Part shown: piece by piece, positions 50,271-63,100 of the stretch
Layout: every line of letters begins with the position of its first letter
How positions within the stretch are numbered: the first letter of the stretch is position 1
Origin: Lama guanicoe
Lineage: Eukaryota
Length of the DNA stretch: 64,000 nt
Reading direction: 5' to 3'
NCBI GenBank assembly: GCA_013239625.1
Contig: MU054220.1
Span: 2,913,374-2,977,373 of the forward strand
The notes under the pieces: model-generated
Told to the model about the DNA's origin: nothing
Seen by the model: only the letters and a program-made list of their open reading frames with translations
Databases searched by the model: none
Made by a program: the position numbers and the translations under genes

Positions 50271-53092
50271 TCATGCCCAGTCATAAAACACCACTCAATT
50301 TTAAGTCTGGTGGGGAAAGAAAAATTACTGTTTCTCAGAAACCTTGAGGTTTACTCTCATTGGCCCAGCTCAAGTCATATGACCCCCCTTGACCAATGAT
50401 TGTGACCAGGTGGATAAATCTAACCTCTGGCTTAAGCCCTGCCTCACAAGCTCCATCCCTGGGACCCAGAAAAGATGGTCTGAGAGCAGTGAAGCTTTGG
50501 CTGGGGAAGTAAAATTTAGGAGGTGTTGCCAGAAGAGGGAGGATGGACGCTGAACTGGCAAACTGCTGGTGTCCGCTGTGTGGGATCTGTATTGGATGGG
50601 GAAGAGGGTATATGGAAGGTTGGCTAAACCTCTTCCTTCCTCCTTTGCTCCTGTGGTTCCACCTTGTTCCGTGCACTCCCACCCGCCCTATACCTGGCTA
50701 ACTTCTTGTCCGTAGGACTCAGTGCAGACATAACTTCCTTAGGGAGACTATGAAATTAGATTAGTTCCCCCTGTTCTGCACTCCTGCCATTTCCCTTTGT
50801 CGATGAGGTGTGAAGACAGGATACACAGGAGGCACCTGTTCTTTTGGGTAAGACCATCTTCATCTCTTTTTGGGAGTGCCCCTTCTTAGCCTCTTGCAGT
50901 CTTTGGGGAGCATCAGTCTACTGCTGGCTTTCCTCCAGCCAAAGGGATGGGTATGACCAAAAAGTCCATTGCTTAATTTTTTCCTTCTCTGAAATGGAAC
51001 AGAGACAACACAAAATCTAAAATGGGTTACTGCTGATTCATGGTGGCAGCAATGCCCAGAAAGCCCACTTACCATTTCCTGTCACTGAGATCCCTCAGAG
51101 CTGTCCTGGAGATGTGCTCCCCGGCCTTATTCTTCAGCTTTTCCCTTGGTTCTGCAAGCAGTCTTGGACTCTTCCAATAGCCTCTTTTTTTGCCATTGTC
51201 AAGTCAAGTCAACTTGACATATTGCCATATGTCAAGTTGGCTGGAGTCTATACCTATTGCTTGCAATCAAAGAACCCTAGATGCTACCGTGGGCACTTCC
51301 TTCTGTCCGAGAGGACGTGTCAGGGCAGGAACCGGCCAGCTCCAGGGAGTGAATCTAGCCAGCCTAGCCCCACTTCTCCCCATGTGCTAGATATCCAAGC
51401 ACAGGGTGGAAGAAAGGAAAAGGGCAGGGCAGAGGAAGTGTAGATCAGGGTGTGTAAATACTGATATGTTTGCAGAAGGGCTGCCAGCAGGTGGATATAG
51501 GTCAAGATTGGCTTCTTTCTCTGGTTCTTTGCCATAAACCTGGCAGGTGGGACATGGTGGTGAGGTGGGCTGTGTGGATACCTCACAGTTGAAATTGGTT
51601 TAATTTAACAAACATCTTCTGATTGCTCTTTCTGCTCGATGCCCCACTGCCACCCCCCCAGCTCCAGCCCTGACCTCTCTGCTGGGTTCACTGTTCAATT
51701 CATATGATTTATGAGACACCTTACACCGACATGCTGATGGCATTATTGGGGTCATTAATGCAATCAAATCTATCTTGTACACTATAGTGTAACTGGTTAC
51801 TGCTCTCTCTCCAATCAAGCTCTCTCTTGTTCGTCACCATATCCCTGGTGCCTAGCACAGAGCCGGGCACATGGTAGGTGTTCAATAAAGATTTGTTGAC
51901 TGAGTGGAGGAAGAGCTGTCTCTGACATGCTGGGAAGCCAACTGCCCTGCTGAGTTCATGAAAAGACATCCCAATCTTGTGGAGAACCATTGTGAGTCAG
52001 CATGCACTGAAGTTCGGTTTCAACCTTCCAACTCAGCCAAACCCTTCTATTTAATCTGGCTTCAGCCTTTGGAAAGTCAAAGAGTTGAATGCCTGTTTTT
52101 GTGTCATTCCTGAGATCCTTGAAATTGTGCAAGATCAATCCAAATGATCCTGTTATCAGGAGAAGGACCTCATATTTAACCAAAGTGAATACAAATAAGA
52201 CAGGTCATATGGATTTATTATTAATATTGGAACATTTTCAAACATATGTAAGCATTGTAGGAGTAACCCAAACTGAAAATTCTTTTGTGCTTTATATACT
52301 GAGATTATTTCAATCAGTTGGTGAATACACATATATTTATCATTCCAGGATAAAATGGTACAATAATTAGTGATAATGGATAACTTACTTTTATGTGCAA
52401 AATAATTGTTGTTTCAAATATTTAAATCAATAGGAAATAGACTGATAGTTAATATGAATACTAAGAGAGAGGGTGTTAGCTCAATAACTTTAGAAAAAAC
52501 GTTTTATTCTTTTGGAACCAATAAATGTTCATGCAAATTTAAATAAGAGTACTAGGAAGAGTAATAGAGATTCAATTATCTTTTATATTTCCACTCTTTA
52601 TGGAATTGTTTGGCAGAGTAGCATTTTTATTGTTAAACAAAATAGCTTTTAAGAACTTTATTTAACTTGTGGTTAGTTATTTAATTCCATTCAGACTATT
52701 AATCGTTTAAGAAAAAGTCCATTTAAGAATTATTCATATCTTGTGGGATCAATTAAAAGCAAAATGTCTGTTTTGCCTCCTCAGAATTTTACAGGGAAGA
52801 GACATTCTGGTATCAAGCACAAGAAAGTCCATGATAAACTAACTTCTATTCAGACATGACAAAGAAGATAAAAAGTGTGAAGGAAAAAGAAAGGTGGTTA
52901 AAATTAAATAAGTATCTTTGCACTTTTATAAATACAAATATCTTATTCTTCCACTAACCCCAGTAGAAAATGAGAGGCTACTTAGTGTGGCAAATGTGCA
53001 GCATATAATTGGGACAGCAGTGTAACTGCTGATTACAGGGAAAGCAGAATTCCTGCACATAATGTCCAGTCTCTTTAAAGTTAGGTTTATTG

Positions 53093-53214
53093 CGGGTAGG
53101 GGGTATAGCTCAAACAGTAGAACGCGTGCTTAGCATGCTTGGGGCCTGGGTTCAATCCCCAGTACCTCCTGTAAAAACAAACAGAACCTGTCCCTGATGG
53201 CCAAAAAAAAAAAA
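53093..53214 (+). mobile_element. tRNA-derived SINE (Vic-1-like) with perfect 16-bp TSD
   Basis: GGGTATAGCTCA...TTAGCATG...GGTTCAATCCCCAGTACCTCC and an A tail; TSD AAAGTTAGGTTTATTG at 53077-53092 and 53215-53230. Confidence 0.88.
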
Positions 53215-53335
53215 AAAGTTAGGTTTATTGAGGCATACGTTATGTACAGAAAAATGTATATTTTAGGTGTATAGTTCTATGAATTTTGACAAATGTGTAC
53301 ACTTGGGTAACCACCAACCTCTATCAAGATAGAGA

Positions 53336-53467
53336 TGGAGGGTATAGCTCAGTGGCAGAGCACATGCTTAGCATGCACGAGGTCCTGAGTTCAATCCCCA
53401 GTCCCTCCATTAAAATGAACAAACAAATAAATAAACCTAATTACCTTCCCCCCACTTTGCCCCCCAA
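53336..53467 (+). mobile_element. tRNA-derived SINE (Vic-1-like) inserted in L1
   Basis: GAGGGTATAGCTCAGTGGCAGAGCACATGCTTAGCATGCACGAGGTCCTGAGTTCAATCCCCAG; TSD AAGATAGAGA at 53326-53335 and 53468-53477. Confidence 0.88.
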
Positions 53468-54083
53468 AAGATAGAGAATAGTCCTGTCATCCCAAAAACT
53501 TCCTTCTGGTCATCAGTGAATGGGTTTCTGTCCCTGTAGTTTTGGTTTTTCCAGAATGCCATATAAATGGAATCAGATAGTATATAGCTTTTTGTGTCTG
53601 ATGTCTTTCACTTAGCATGATGCTTTCAAGATTCATCCATGTTGTCTGTACCTTAATTTGTTTATCCAGTCACTGGCTGATAGACTTCTGGGTTGTTTCT
53701 GTTTGAGGGGGTGGGGTTTGAATAAAACTGCTATAAAGATTTGTGTACAGGTCTTTGTTGGAGGTCTGTTTTCATTTCTCTTGCGGAAATACTTAGGAGT
53801 GGGTTAGGTCTTACAGCAAGTGTATTTTAACTTTTAAAGTGACTGAGAATTTGTTTTCCAAAATGGCTATACCCATCAGGAATGTACGAGAGTTCTTGTC
53901 ATCCTGTGTTCTTACCAGTGCTTGGTATGCCAGTTTAGAATTTTTATCCATTCTAATAAGTATGTAGTGATCTCTTACTGTGGTTTTAATTTGCATTCCT
54001 CTAATGGCTAATTATGTTGTCTTTTTATGTACCTATATGCTATTCGTGAAGTGTCTGTTCTCATGTTTTGCTCGTTAAAAAAA

Positions 54084-54160
54084 ATATTTATTTATTTAAT
54101 GGCAGTACTGGGAATGGAACCCAGACCTCACGCCTGCTAAGCAGGCACTCTACCACTGAC
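54084..54160 (-). mobile_element. 5'-truncated tRNA-derived SINE (Vic-1-like)
   Basis: Reverse complement TCAGTGGTAGAGTGCCTGCTTAGCAGGCGTGAGGTCTGGGTTCCATTCCCAGTACTGCC plus (AAAT)n tail; TTTTGCTC repeated on both flanks. Confidence 0.75.
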
Positions 54161-54698
54161 ATTTTGCTCATTTTAAAATTGTTTTGTTTGCTGTTCACTA
54201 TTGAGTTGTGAGAGTTCTTCGTATATCTAGATAAAATCCTTCATCAGATATATGCATAAAAAATATTTTTTTCCAGTCTTTGGCTTGTCTTTGCATTCTC
54301 TTAGCAGTGTCTGTAGAAGTGCAGACGTTTTAAAATTTGATAGTCCAGTTTATTAATTCTTTCTTTTATGATTTGTGCTTTTGCATCTGATTTTTAAAAT
54401 CTTTGCGTAACTCAAGATCACACATATTTTCTCCTGTGCTTTCTTCTTTATGTTTTAAGGTTTTCCGTTTAAATCTATGATCCATTTTGAATTAATTTTG
54501 TATGTGGTAAGAAGTGTGAGCCAAGATTCTTCTTATTTTTTTACATAGGTGTGTTGAAATGTTCCAGCATCATTTGCTGAAAATATGTTCTTTCTTCTTT
54601 GAATTATCTCGGCACCTTTGTTGAAAACCAATTGACCATATGTATGTGGGTTTATTCTGGACTCTTTTCTGTTCTAGTGATATATATGTACACCCCCC

Positions 54699-54724
54699 AT
54701 ATATATATATATATATATATATAT
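54699..54724. repeat. (TA)n microsatellite
   Basis: Directly visible. Confidence 0.95.
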
Positions 54725-55654
54725 CCTTTTACCATAAACATAAATAATAATAATATAATTATATTTATATAATAATTAAATAATATAAGCTTTTTTTTTT
54801 TAGCTTTGCATTAAGTTCCAAAGTCAGGCACTGTGAGCCCTCCAACTTTGTCTTCTTTTTAAACAATACTTTGACTAGCTTAGGTCCTTTGCTTTTCCAT
54901 ATAAATTTTAGAACAAGCTTGCCAGTTTCTATTAAAAAAAAAGAACCTTCTGGGGCTCATTTGAGATTGTATTCAATACATAGATAAATTTGAGGAGAAC
55001 TGATGTCTTAATTTTAAGTCTTTTAACCCATGAACACACATCTCTCTATTTGGGTCTTCGTCTCATCAATGTTTTGTAGTTATTAGCATACGAAACTTGC
55101 ATAAATTCATTAAATTTATCCCTGATTATGTCAGGGTTTCTGTTACTATTGTAAATTTCAATTTCCTCTTGTTTATGTCTGCATATGGAATACAATTGAT
55201 TTTTGTATATTGATCTTGAATTCTGCAACCTTGCTTAACTCATAAGCTCTAATAGCTTTTTAAAACAGCTTTATTCAGATATAAATCACACATCATCCCA
55301 TTTGCCCACTTAAAATATACAACTCAATGGCTTTTATATTCACAGAATTGCTCGACTATCACCACAATCATTTTAGAACATTTTCAGCACCCCAGTGAGA
55401 ACCGCTCATATCCTGTGTTAACAGTCACTTCTCATTTTCCCCGGTCCCCTCAGTCTCAGGCAAATAATAATCTACCTTCTGTCTGCATGGACTTGCCCAT
55501 ACTGAGCATTTCATATAAATGTATTCATACAATATATGGTCTTTTATGATTGGTTTCTTCTACTGAACATAATTGTTTTCAAAGTTCACTCATGTTGTAG
55601 CATATATCAGTACTCGATTTCTTTTTATCAGTACTTGATTCCTTTTTATAGCTG

Positions 55655-55700
55655 TGTATTAACCAGAGGAGAAACAGAACCAATTGTACATACATACTAA

Positions 55701-55753
<53 letters not shown>

Positions 55754-56234
55754 GAGAGAGAGAGAGGGAGAGAGAGAGAGAAAGATAGGAGATATGTACT
55801 ATGAGAAATTGGCTCATGTATGCATGGAAGCTGAGACGTTCCATGACCTGCCATCTGCAAGCTGGAAACCCAGGGAAGTTGGTGGTGTAATTTAGTCCAA
55901 GCAGGAAGGCCTGAGAATTAGAGATGCTGATCAGAGAATCAGAGATGTAAATCCCATGCTGAGGGCAGGAGAAGATGAGATGTCTCATCTCAAGCAGTGA
56001 GGCAGAAAATAAAAAGAATGAGGGGCAAATTCCTTCTTTCTTCATTCTTGTCCTATTTGGGCCCTCAGTGGATTGGATGGTGGGCACCCACATTAGGGAG
56101 GGCAAACTACTTCACTGAGTCTGGCAATTCAAATGCTAATCTCTTCTGGAAATACCCTCCCAGACACACCTGGAAATAATGTTTAATCTGGACTCCTTGT
56201 CACCAGTCAAGTTAACATAAAATGAACGATTGCA
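55655..56234 (-). mobile_element. ERVL LTR (MLT2-type) nested in L1, with internal (TA)n(GA)n microsatellite
   Basis: TG...CA termini; GAAACAGAACCAAT, GAAATTGGCTCATG and AAATGCTAATCTCTTCTGGAAA motifs; 5-bp TSD AGCTG/GGCTG; L1 text resumes afterwards. Confidence 0.8.
55700..55782. repeat. Compound microsatellite (TA)n(GA)n
   Basis: Directly visible. Confidence 0.95.
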
Positions 56235-56548
56235 GGCTGAGTAACATTCCAGTGTACGAATATACCACATCTCATTGATCGGTTCATCTGTTAATGGGCA
56301 TTGTGTTGTTTCCAGTTTTTGAGTATTATAAATAATGCTGCTATGAATGTTTGTGTTCAAGGATTTGTGTGGATATATGTTTCAGTTTCTGCAATTGTTG
56401 AGTAGAGTTTTCTATATAAGTTGGTTTTATCTATGTAGTACATAGTGTTAAGTCCTATATTTCCTTATTAATCTTCTGTCTATCTGTTGTTGCTCCATCC
56501 ATTAATGATAGTAGGATGTTGAAATTTCCAACTATTATTGTAGAATGC

Positions 56549-56943
56549 TGTTATGGACTGATGTTTGTGTCCTCTGCAAATTCATATTTTGGAACTCTAG
56601 TTCCCCCAGAGTGGCTATATTCGGAGAGGGGGCCTCTAAAGAAGTAGTTCAAGTTAAATGAGGTCATAAGGATAGGGCCCTGATATGGTAGGATTAGTGC
56701 CCTTCTACGAAGAGACACCAGAGAGCTCTCTCTCACTGCATGCACTCAAACAAGAGGTCACGTGAGCACACAGGAGATGGTGGCTGCCTACAAGCCAAGA
56801 GAAGAGGCCTTGGAATGAAAACTACTTTGCTGGCACCTTGTTCTTGTACTTCTCAGCCTTCAGAGCTGTGAGAAATAAATTTCTGTGGTTTAAGCCACCC
56901 AGTATGGGGTGTTTTGCAGTAATAGCCTGAGCAGACCAGTACA
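56549..56943 (+). mobile_element. MaLR LTR (MLT1A/MST-like) nested in L1
   Basis: TGTTATGGACTGA...AAGTTAAATGAGGTCATAAG...CTACAAGCCAAGAGAAGAGGCC...GAGAAATAAATTTCTGTGGTTTAAGCCACCCAGT. Confidence 0.8.
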
Positions 56944-59015
56944 ATGATTTCTCCTTTTAATTCTGTTAGTTTTGCCTCATATTTTTGGGGCTGGGTTTTT
57001 AGACATGTATATGTTTATAATTGTCATATTTTCATGGTGGATTGACTCTTTTATCAATATATGTCCTTTGTCTCTTGTAAGTTTTTGTCTTAGAAACTCT
57101 ATTTTGAATATTAAAATAGCTACCCCAGTTGTATTTTAGTTACAATTTGCACGGAATATCTTTTGCCATCCTTTTACTTTCAATCTACTTATGTCTTTGG
57201 GTCTGAAGTGAGTCTCTGGCAGTCAGCACACAGTGCATACTGTTCTTTTCTTTTTTTTTTAGTCCATTTTTTCCAATCTCTGCTTTTTAATTGGAGAGCT
57301 TAATCTATTTACCTTTAAAATAATTACTGTCAGAAAAGACTCCTGTCATTTTGCTCTCTGTTTTCTATATGTCATATATCTTTTTTGCTCCTCAATTCTT
57401 CCTCTATTGAATTCTTTTGTGATTAGTTGGATTTTTTCCTAGTGTGCTGTTTTGGTTCCCTTCTGTTTTTCTTTTTCTGTACATATTTGAATTTTTTCCT
57501 TAATGTTTACCCTGGGGATTGCAATTAAAATTTTATTAAATCCACACTAAATCTAAGCATCTAAACTAAATACTAATTTAGTTTCAATAGTATACAAGAA
57601 CCCTGCACCTCTGTAGATCTGTCTGCTTCTATTTGTGCTATTGCCACTAATTACATCTTTATACATTGAGTGCCTATTAACATAGATTTATACTTATTGT
57701 TTTATATATTTGTCTTTTGACTCTTATAGGAAAAGAGAGATTATAAATGAAAACTGCAAACATACTGGCTTTTATATTTACCTATGTACCTACTTTTACT
57801 ATTGCTTTAAAATTTCTTTATATGACTTTGAGCTGGTATCCTTTCATTACAATCTAAATTACTTGCTTGCGATGAATCACTTCTCTTTTGCTGCTTTCTA
57901 GAGTCTTTGTCTTTGCTTTTTGACAACTTGACTATAATGCATCTTGATGTGGATGTCTTTGATTTTCTTGCTGGGAGGCCACCAAAATTCCAGGATTTGT
58001 AAATTCTTCTCTTTCATCAAATTTGGAACATTTTCATCCATTATTTCTTCAAGTGTAATTTCTCCTCCTTTCTCTATTTTTCTTTTGGGAGTCCCATTAT
58101 GTGTATATTGATATACTTGATGGGATTCTACAGGCTCTGTTCATTTTTTTTTTTTATTCTTTTCTGTGTCTTCTCCTCAGATTGGATAATTTCAGTTGAC
58201 CTGTCTTCAGGATCGCTGATTCTTTCTTTTGCCTTCTGAGATCTCCTGCTGAATCTCTCTAGTGAGTTTTCCATTTCGTTTATTGTATATGTCAGCTCCC
58301 AAATTTCTGCTTGGTTCCTTTTGGTAATTTCTGTCTTTTTATTGGTATTACCAATTTTGTGGTGCATTATTCTGATTTCCTTTTGTTCTTTGCCTACTGT
58401 CACCTTTACCTGTCAGAGCACGTTTAAGACAATTGATTTAAAGGCTTTTTCTAGTAAGTCCAATGGCTGGATTTTCTCAGTAACAATTTCTATTAATTTC
58501 TTATTTTTCTGTGACTGGGCCATAGTTTTTGTTTCTTTGTATGTCTCTCTCTCTCTCTCTCTTTTTTGTTGAACACTGGACATTTTTAATAGTGTAATGT
58601 GGTAACTCTGGAACTCACATTCTCTTCCTGGAGTTTGTTGTTGTTCCTTGTTGTGGTTGTGGTATTTCATTGTTATGCTAATTTGCAATCCCCTAATGAC
58701 ATGTGGTGCTGAATCATACCATTATTTCAATGATTATTTAGCATCTGTATATCTTCTTTGGTGGAGTGTCTATTTAGATATTTTGCCCATTTTTAAGATG
58801 GGTTGTTTGTTTTCTTCTTGTTGACTTTTAAGAGTTGTTTGTATATTTTGGATACAAGTCTTTTATCAGATATGTGTTTTGTGAATATTTCCTCCCATTC
58901 TGTGGCTTATCTTTTTTTAACAATCTCTATTGCAGAGCAGCAGTTGTTAATTTTAATAAAGTCCAAAGTATCAATTTTTGTTTCATGAATTGTGCTTTTG
59001 GTGTTTTAATTTTGT

Positions 59016-59182
59016 TGCATAGGAATTCCTGTCCACATTTGACGTGACCTGCTTGGGGTCAGTCAGTGCAAACTCCACCCTTGTTTCAATGCATAGGAAT
59101 TCCTGTCCACATTTGATTGCTGAAGAAACAGGTTTGACGTGACCTGCTTGGGGTCAGTCAGTGCAAACTCCACCCTTGTTTC
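59016..59182. repeat. Tandem duplication (72-nt and 93-nt copies)
   Basis: 59016-59087 and 59090-59182 are identical except for a 21-nt segment present only in copy 2. Confidence 0.92.
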
Positions 59183-59329
59183 CTCATTCAAGGCATTCTT
59201 TACCTGTCACACGGGAGATGGCAGCAGTGGCCTGTGTGTGTCCACATGCATGTGCATGCCTGCAAATATACAGGTGTAAACACATTTGATGTTCTTAACA
59301 AGCAGATTGTTAGATAAAAAGCAATTTGA

Positions 59330-60100
59330 TTGACAATGAGATACAATTTCTTACCTCCTAGAATAAAGAAAAAAATTTGAAAGCTAACACTACAAAATAT
59401 TTCCCAGAATGGGGAGCAACTGGAATTTTTATACAGCTGGGGGCAAGTAAAATAGTATAGTCACTTTGGAAAATAGTTTGGCAATTTCTTATAATAGTTA
59501 AACACACATATTTCACATGACACACAGTGATCTCATTGTTAGATATTTACCAAGAGAAATGAAAAATTATATTCAGACTAAAACCTATGCAAAATATTCA
59601 TAGAAGCTTTATTCATAATAGAAAACATTGGAGACAATCCAAGTGTTCATCAAGAGATGAATGGATAAAAAAAAGAGATGAATAGATAAACATAGTGTGG
59701 TATTTTCATACAATGAGATACTACTAAAAATGAAATAACTGCTTGGTTTAAGCAACAAAATGAATGACTCTCAAAAATAATTTACTGAGTGAAAGATGAC
59801 AGACACAAAAGAGTATGTAATGTGTAAGTCCACTTATGTGAAATTCTAGAATAGACAAACATAAACCCTGATTATAGAGAGCTGACCATTGGTTGGCTGG
59901 AGGTGGGTGGATTGGTTACAGAGAAGCACAGAAGAAATTTATGGGGGTGATGGAAATGTTCAGTCTTTTATGTTAATATCAATCAATATCTTGATTTTAG
60001 GGTTGTTATACAGGTACACATATTTGGCAGAACTTAAACTCTACACTGAAAAATCTGTGCATTTTGTTGTATGCAATTATACTTCAATAATTCTGGTATA
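59330..60100 (+). mobile_element. Old L1 3' region (L1MC/ME-like)
   Basis: CACTTTGGAAAATAGTTTGGCA, GATGAATGGATAAA, GGGGTGATGGAAATGTTC and TTATACTTCAATAA motifs. Confidence 0.75.
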
Positions 60101-63100
60101 AAAGAAGTTGGTTGAAATGGTATTTCTGGCCCTTGTTTTTTTAAGTTTTATCAATGTTTATGTACCTCAGGGGTATCCCTGAAACTTTAAACTTGTATTT
60201 TAGCTTTTATTGTCATGTCTTTACTTTCCATCCTCACCTCCAGTCTTTTGGGCTTTTAATTTCTAAATAATTTTCCAGCAATTATGCCTTTGCCTGACAA
60301 AGTTATAACAAATTTCAAAGTTTTTCTTCTGGGTTCCAAGTGAATCAACTGAAAGGAATTTGGTTGGAAATGAATGTTTACAGCCATCGCTTCAGGTCTT
60401 GATAAGGTCATTGCACCCTGGGGTGATTTTGCAATTTTCATATGCATTTTGAAAGCAATTTTGTCTGCCTTCTAGGTTGTTTCATTTTAAAAATTCATTT
60501 CCAGTCATCCATGTCCATTTACCTATTTAGCTATGTTTTTGCAAATTCCACAGAATATTTCTGCTCTCTTAGAGAAGAAGACAAAATTGGCAGTTCACAG
60601 AAACATTGCCAAACAAACAGAGCAGGCATAATGGGCTGCAAATAGATCAGGATGTTAAATTAAAAAGCAAAAATCTGAAGTCTGAAAGAGGACTATAAAA
60701 ATGCAACTATACTGCAACACGAATGCATAAAAAATGATTTCACTAAGTTTCCAAATTTTGTCACTAGCTTGCTACGCGACCTTGGGCAAGTTTAACCTCT
60801 TTCGGCCTCATTTCTTGGCCTGAAAAGTGGGGGTAATTAGAGAACCTCCCTTATGGATTATCACGAGGATTAAGTGAGAACATTCATGTGAAAGGCTAGA
60901 GCTCAGCGCCAGGCATATAGTAGGTGTTTAATAAATATTTGTAGTTAGTATTATTATTACCTCCGTGATGTGTAATTATATTGGAAGAAAAGAGCAGTGA
61001 GGGGGCATTTTGTCAACCTTTTTGATCTTTTCTCCTGGGGTCGTACTGAGGGTGTGCTTGGCTGGCTGAGGGTTTAGAAGGTGATTTTGTTGCTGGATTG
61101 GTGTAAGGAAAAGGAAGGGTAGTTGCAGGGTTGAGGAGGCTCCGAGGCTTCATATTAAGAGCACTTTAGATCTTAAGTCCCTGAGTTCTGAATTCTTCCA
61201 TTTAGTTGCTCAACAAATGTACTGATGCCTCAGTGTCCCATGAATACAGGTCAAGGATCTTGCTCACCGGCTAGTGGGGTGCTGACGCCAGGGTGGACAT
61301 AAAGCCTAAATGGCCTCTAAACTCACATCTACTCCTCAGATCAAAGAGGAGGCTCAGAGGCTGAAAGTGACTTGAAAAACACTTGGGCAAAGCCAGGAGG
61401 GAGCCTGCCACCTGTCCCCAGCCTGAGCCATTCTTCCTGGCACCTGTAATCATAGTAGCAGAGGGTAGGAAATGCTTGACGAGGCTCTAACGGGCGAAAA
61501 GTCACTTTCACTCAGGAAGTAGTGGCATTTAAGTCTGGCAGTGACAGATGGGAGTATTTGGGCACATCTGGAGGAAGGGCTGTCCAGGAGGCGAGATGTA
61601 GAGGCAGAAGAACAAGGGCTGTATCTGGGAAACATCTAATACTCTCCCTTGTATCATGGGACTTTCCCTTCCATCCCAGAAGGGCTTCCTGGAGGAGGGG
61701 GAATTTCGGGGCTGACACCAGAATCTATCCAGGTTCAATGAAACCACACCTAGCAGATTCTTAGCTGAAACCGGGGCAGCATGAGTTTCTCTCCCCTGCT
61801 ACCTCTCCCCTCCCCATAAACACTTATTGGAACCTGGTGCTCTTCAGAACTCATGTAATAAATGGAAGTCTTTTGAGATGTAACACAAAGTGGGAAGGAC
61901 ACAGACATTCTTGTAGCAGAATTAGGTATGAAAATTACACAAGTAAGTGAATTTCCCCTAGGAAAAAATCCTGAATGCTCTTTACACAATTTGCCTTGAA
62001 GCCAGGTCACTAGGTGAGGATAGGTGAGGGTCCTACCTGCTTTCCTCTGCCCTCATGATCCAAAGTCCCAGCCCCCGTCCTTATCCTCATTTCAATCTGA
62101 GTCAGAGCTGGAAATCACTGGCTCTCCAGGAGGGAGGCTGGACAAGGGCAGGAGGTCTGGCGGGAGGGGAGGAGCTGAGAAGGCAGGGCTGAGAGAGCGG
62201 AGGGAGAGGCCAGGGCCTTTCCTCTTTTGTCGGTGTGGGTAGGCCCTGCTTGGATACTTGGAACACATTGACTAGGCCACGGGCGGGACCACGTTACCAT
62301 CCTGGTACCTGCCCTGGGAACATCCATCCTTCCCTGTCCAATCAGGAAACAGGTCCCAGTAATCAGGTGTTGGGGATACAGAGAGGAAAGGCAGGGTGCC
62401 CCTGGCCCTCAGGAGCCTTCTGGTCTGCTGGGAGATAAGAATTCGAAGAGAGGACTGAAACAGCAGGAAAAGGGCAAGAATGGGCGGGGCATGCCCTCCA
62501 GCTTTTAACCTGTGGCTAGGCGCCAGGGGGCTAGACCATCCCATTATCTCCTCCCGAAAACCCCACCCCTTCCTTCTCCAGCTATCCTGCGGGGTCCCAA
62601 CTCCGGTGTCTGGGAGCCCAGCTAGCCGTGGCCTCAGTGCTCCTGGGAGGGGTACCCGAAGCAGCAGAGGAGGAGAGAGGGAAGGGACCCAAGGAGAGGG
62701 GCGGGGCAAGGGCGACGGGACAGAGGTCCTGAAGATCAAGCCCAGGATGCAGTCACTGCCTTGGGCCTGGCGACTCCACGGTCTTCTTGGGGGTAAGGAG
62801 AGGGTGCTTCTGAATCCACCACACAGGCTCACCAGGAATTTGCAGATTCGCTGGCAGTGCGGGGAGGGGCGCGCCCAGTGGGAAGGGCTGGTCTGAATAG
62901 GTCACCTGGAGGGTGAAGAGGCCCCCCAGATACCTGTCCGTGTCCCTCAAGTTTTAGAGGTGGCCCAGAGGCAGAAGACGAGTTGACAGACACTTGAGCA
63001 AAGCCAGAGCTGGGAACCCCTGTCTTCCCGGGCTGAGCATTTCCCAGCACATCTGCACTGGTGAATCTGTGAATTGGTGGGCAGAGTCTTCCTGGCTGGG

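Larger units (their letters stand above)
53220..59010 (-). mobile_element. Patchwork of old L1 (L1M-type) fragments with nested SINE and LTR insertions
   Basis: T-rich antisense L1 text (TTTCACTTAGCATGATG, GTGGTTTTAATTTGCATT, TCCAACTTTGTCTTCTTTT); ORF1-like remnant 58128-58403 (EMENSLERFSRR...ERISDPEDRSTEIIQSEE). Confidence 0.85.

Noticed and set aside
53336..53410. Possible functional tRNA-Ala gene
   Set aside because: It has a TSD, an AT-rich SINE tail, mismatches and several diverged copies in the window, so it is a SINE rather than a tRNA gene.
58128..58403. ORF resembling L1 ORF1p coiled coil
   Set aside because: Short decayed fragment of an old L1, not an intact element or domesticated gene.
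59652..59690. Short direct repeat AAGAGATGAAT(G/A)GATAAA around an A run
   Set aside because: Local slippage or empty TSD inside an old L1; no functional signal.
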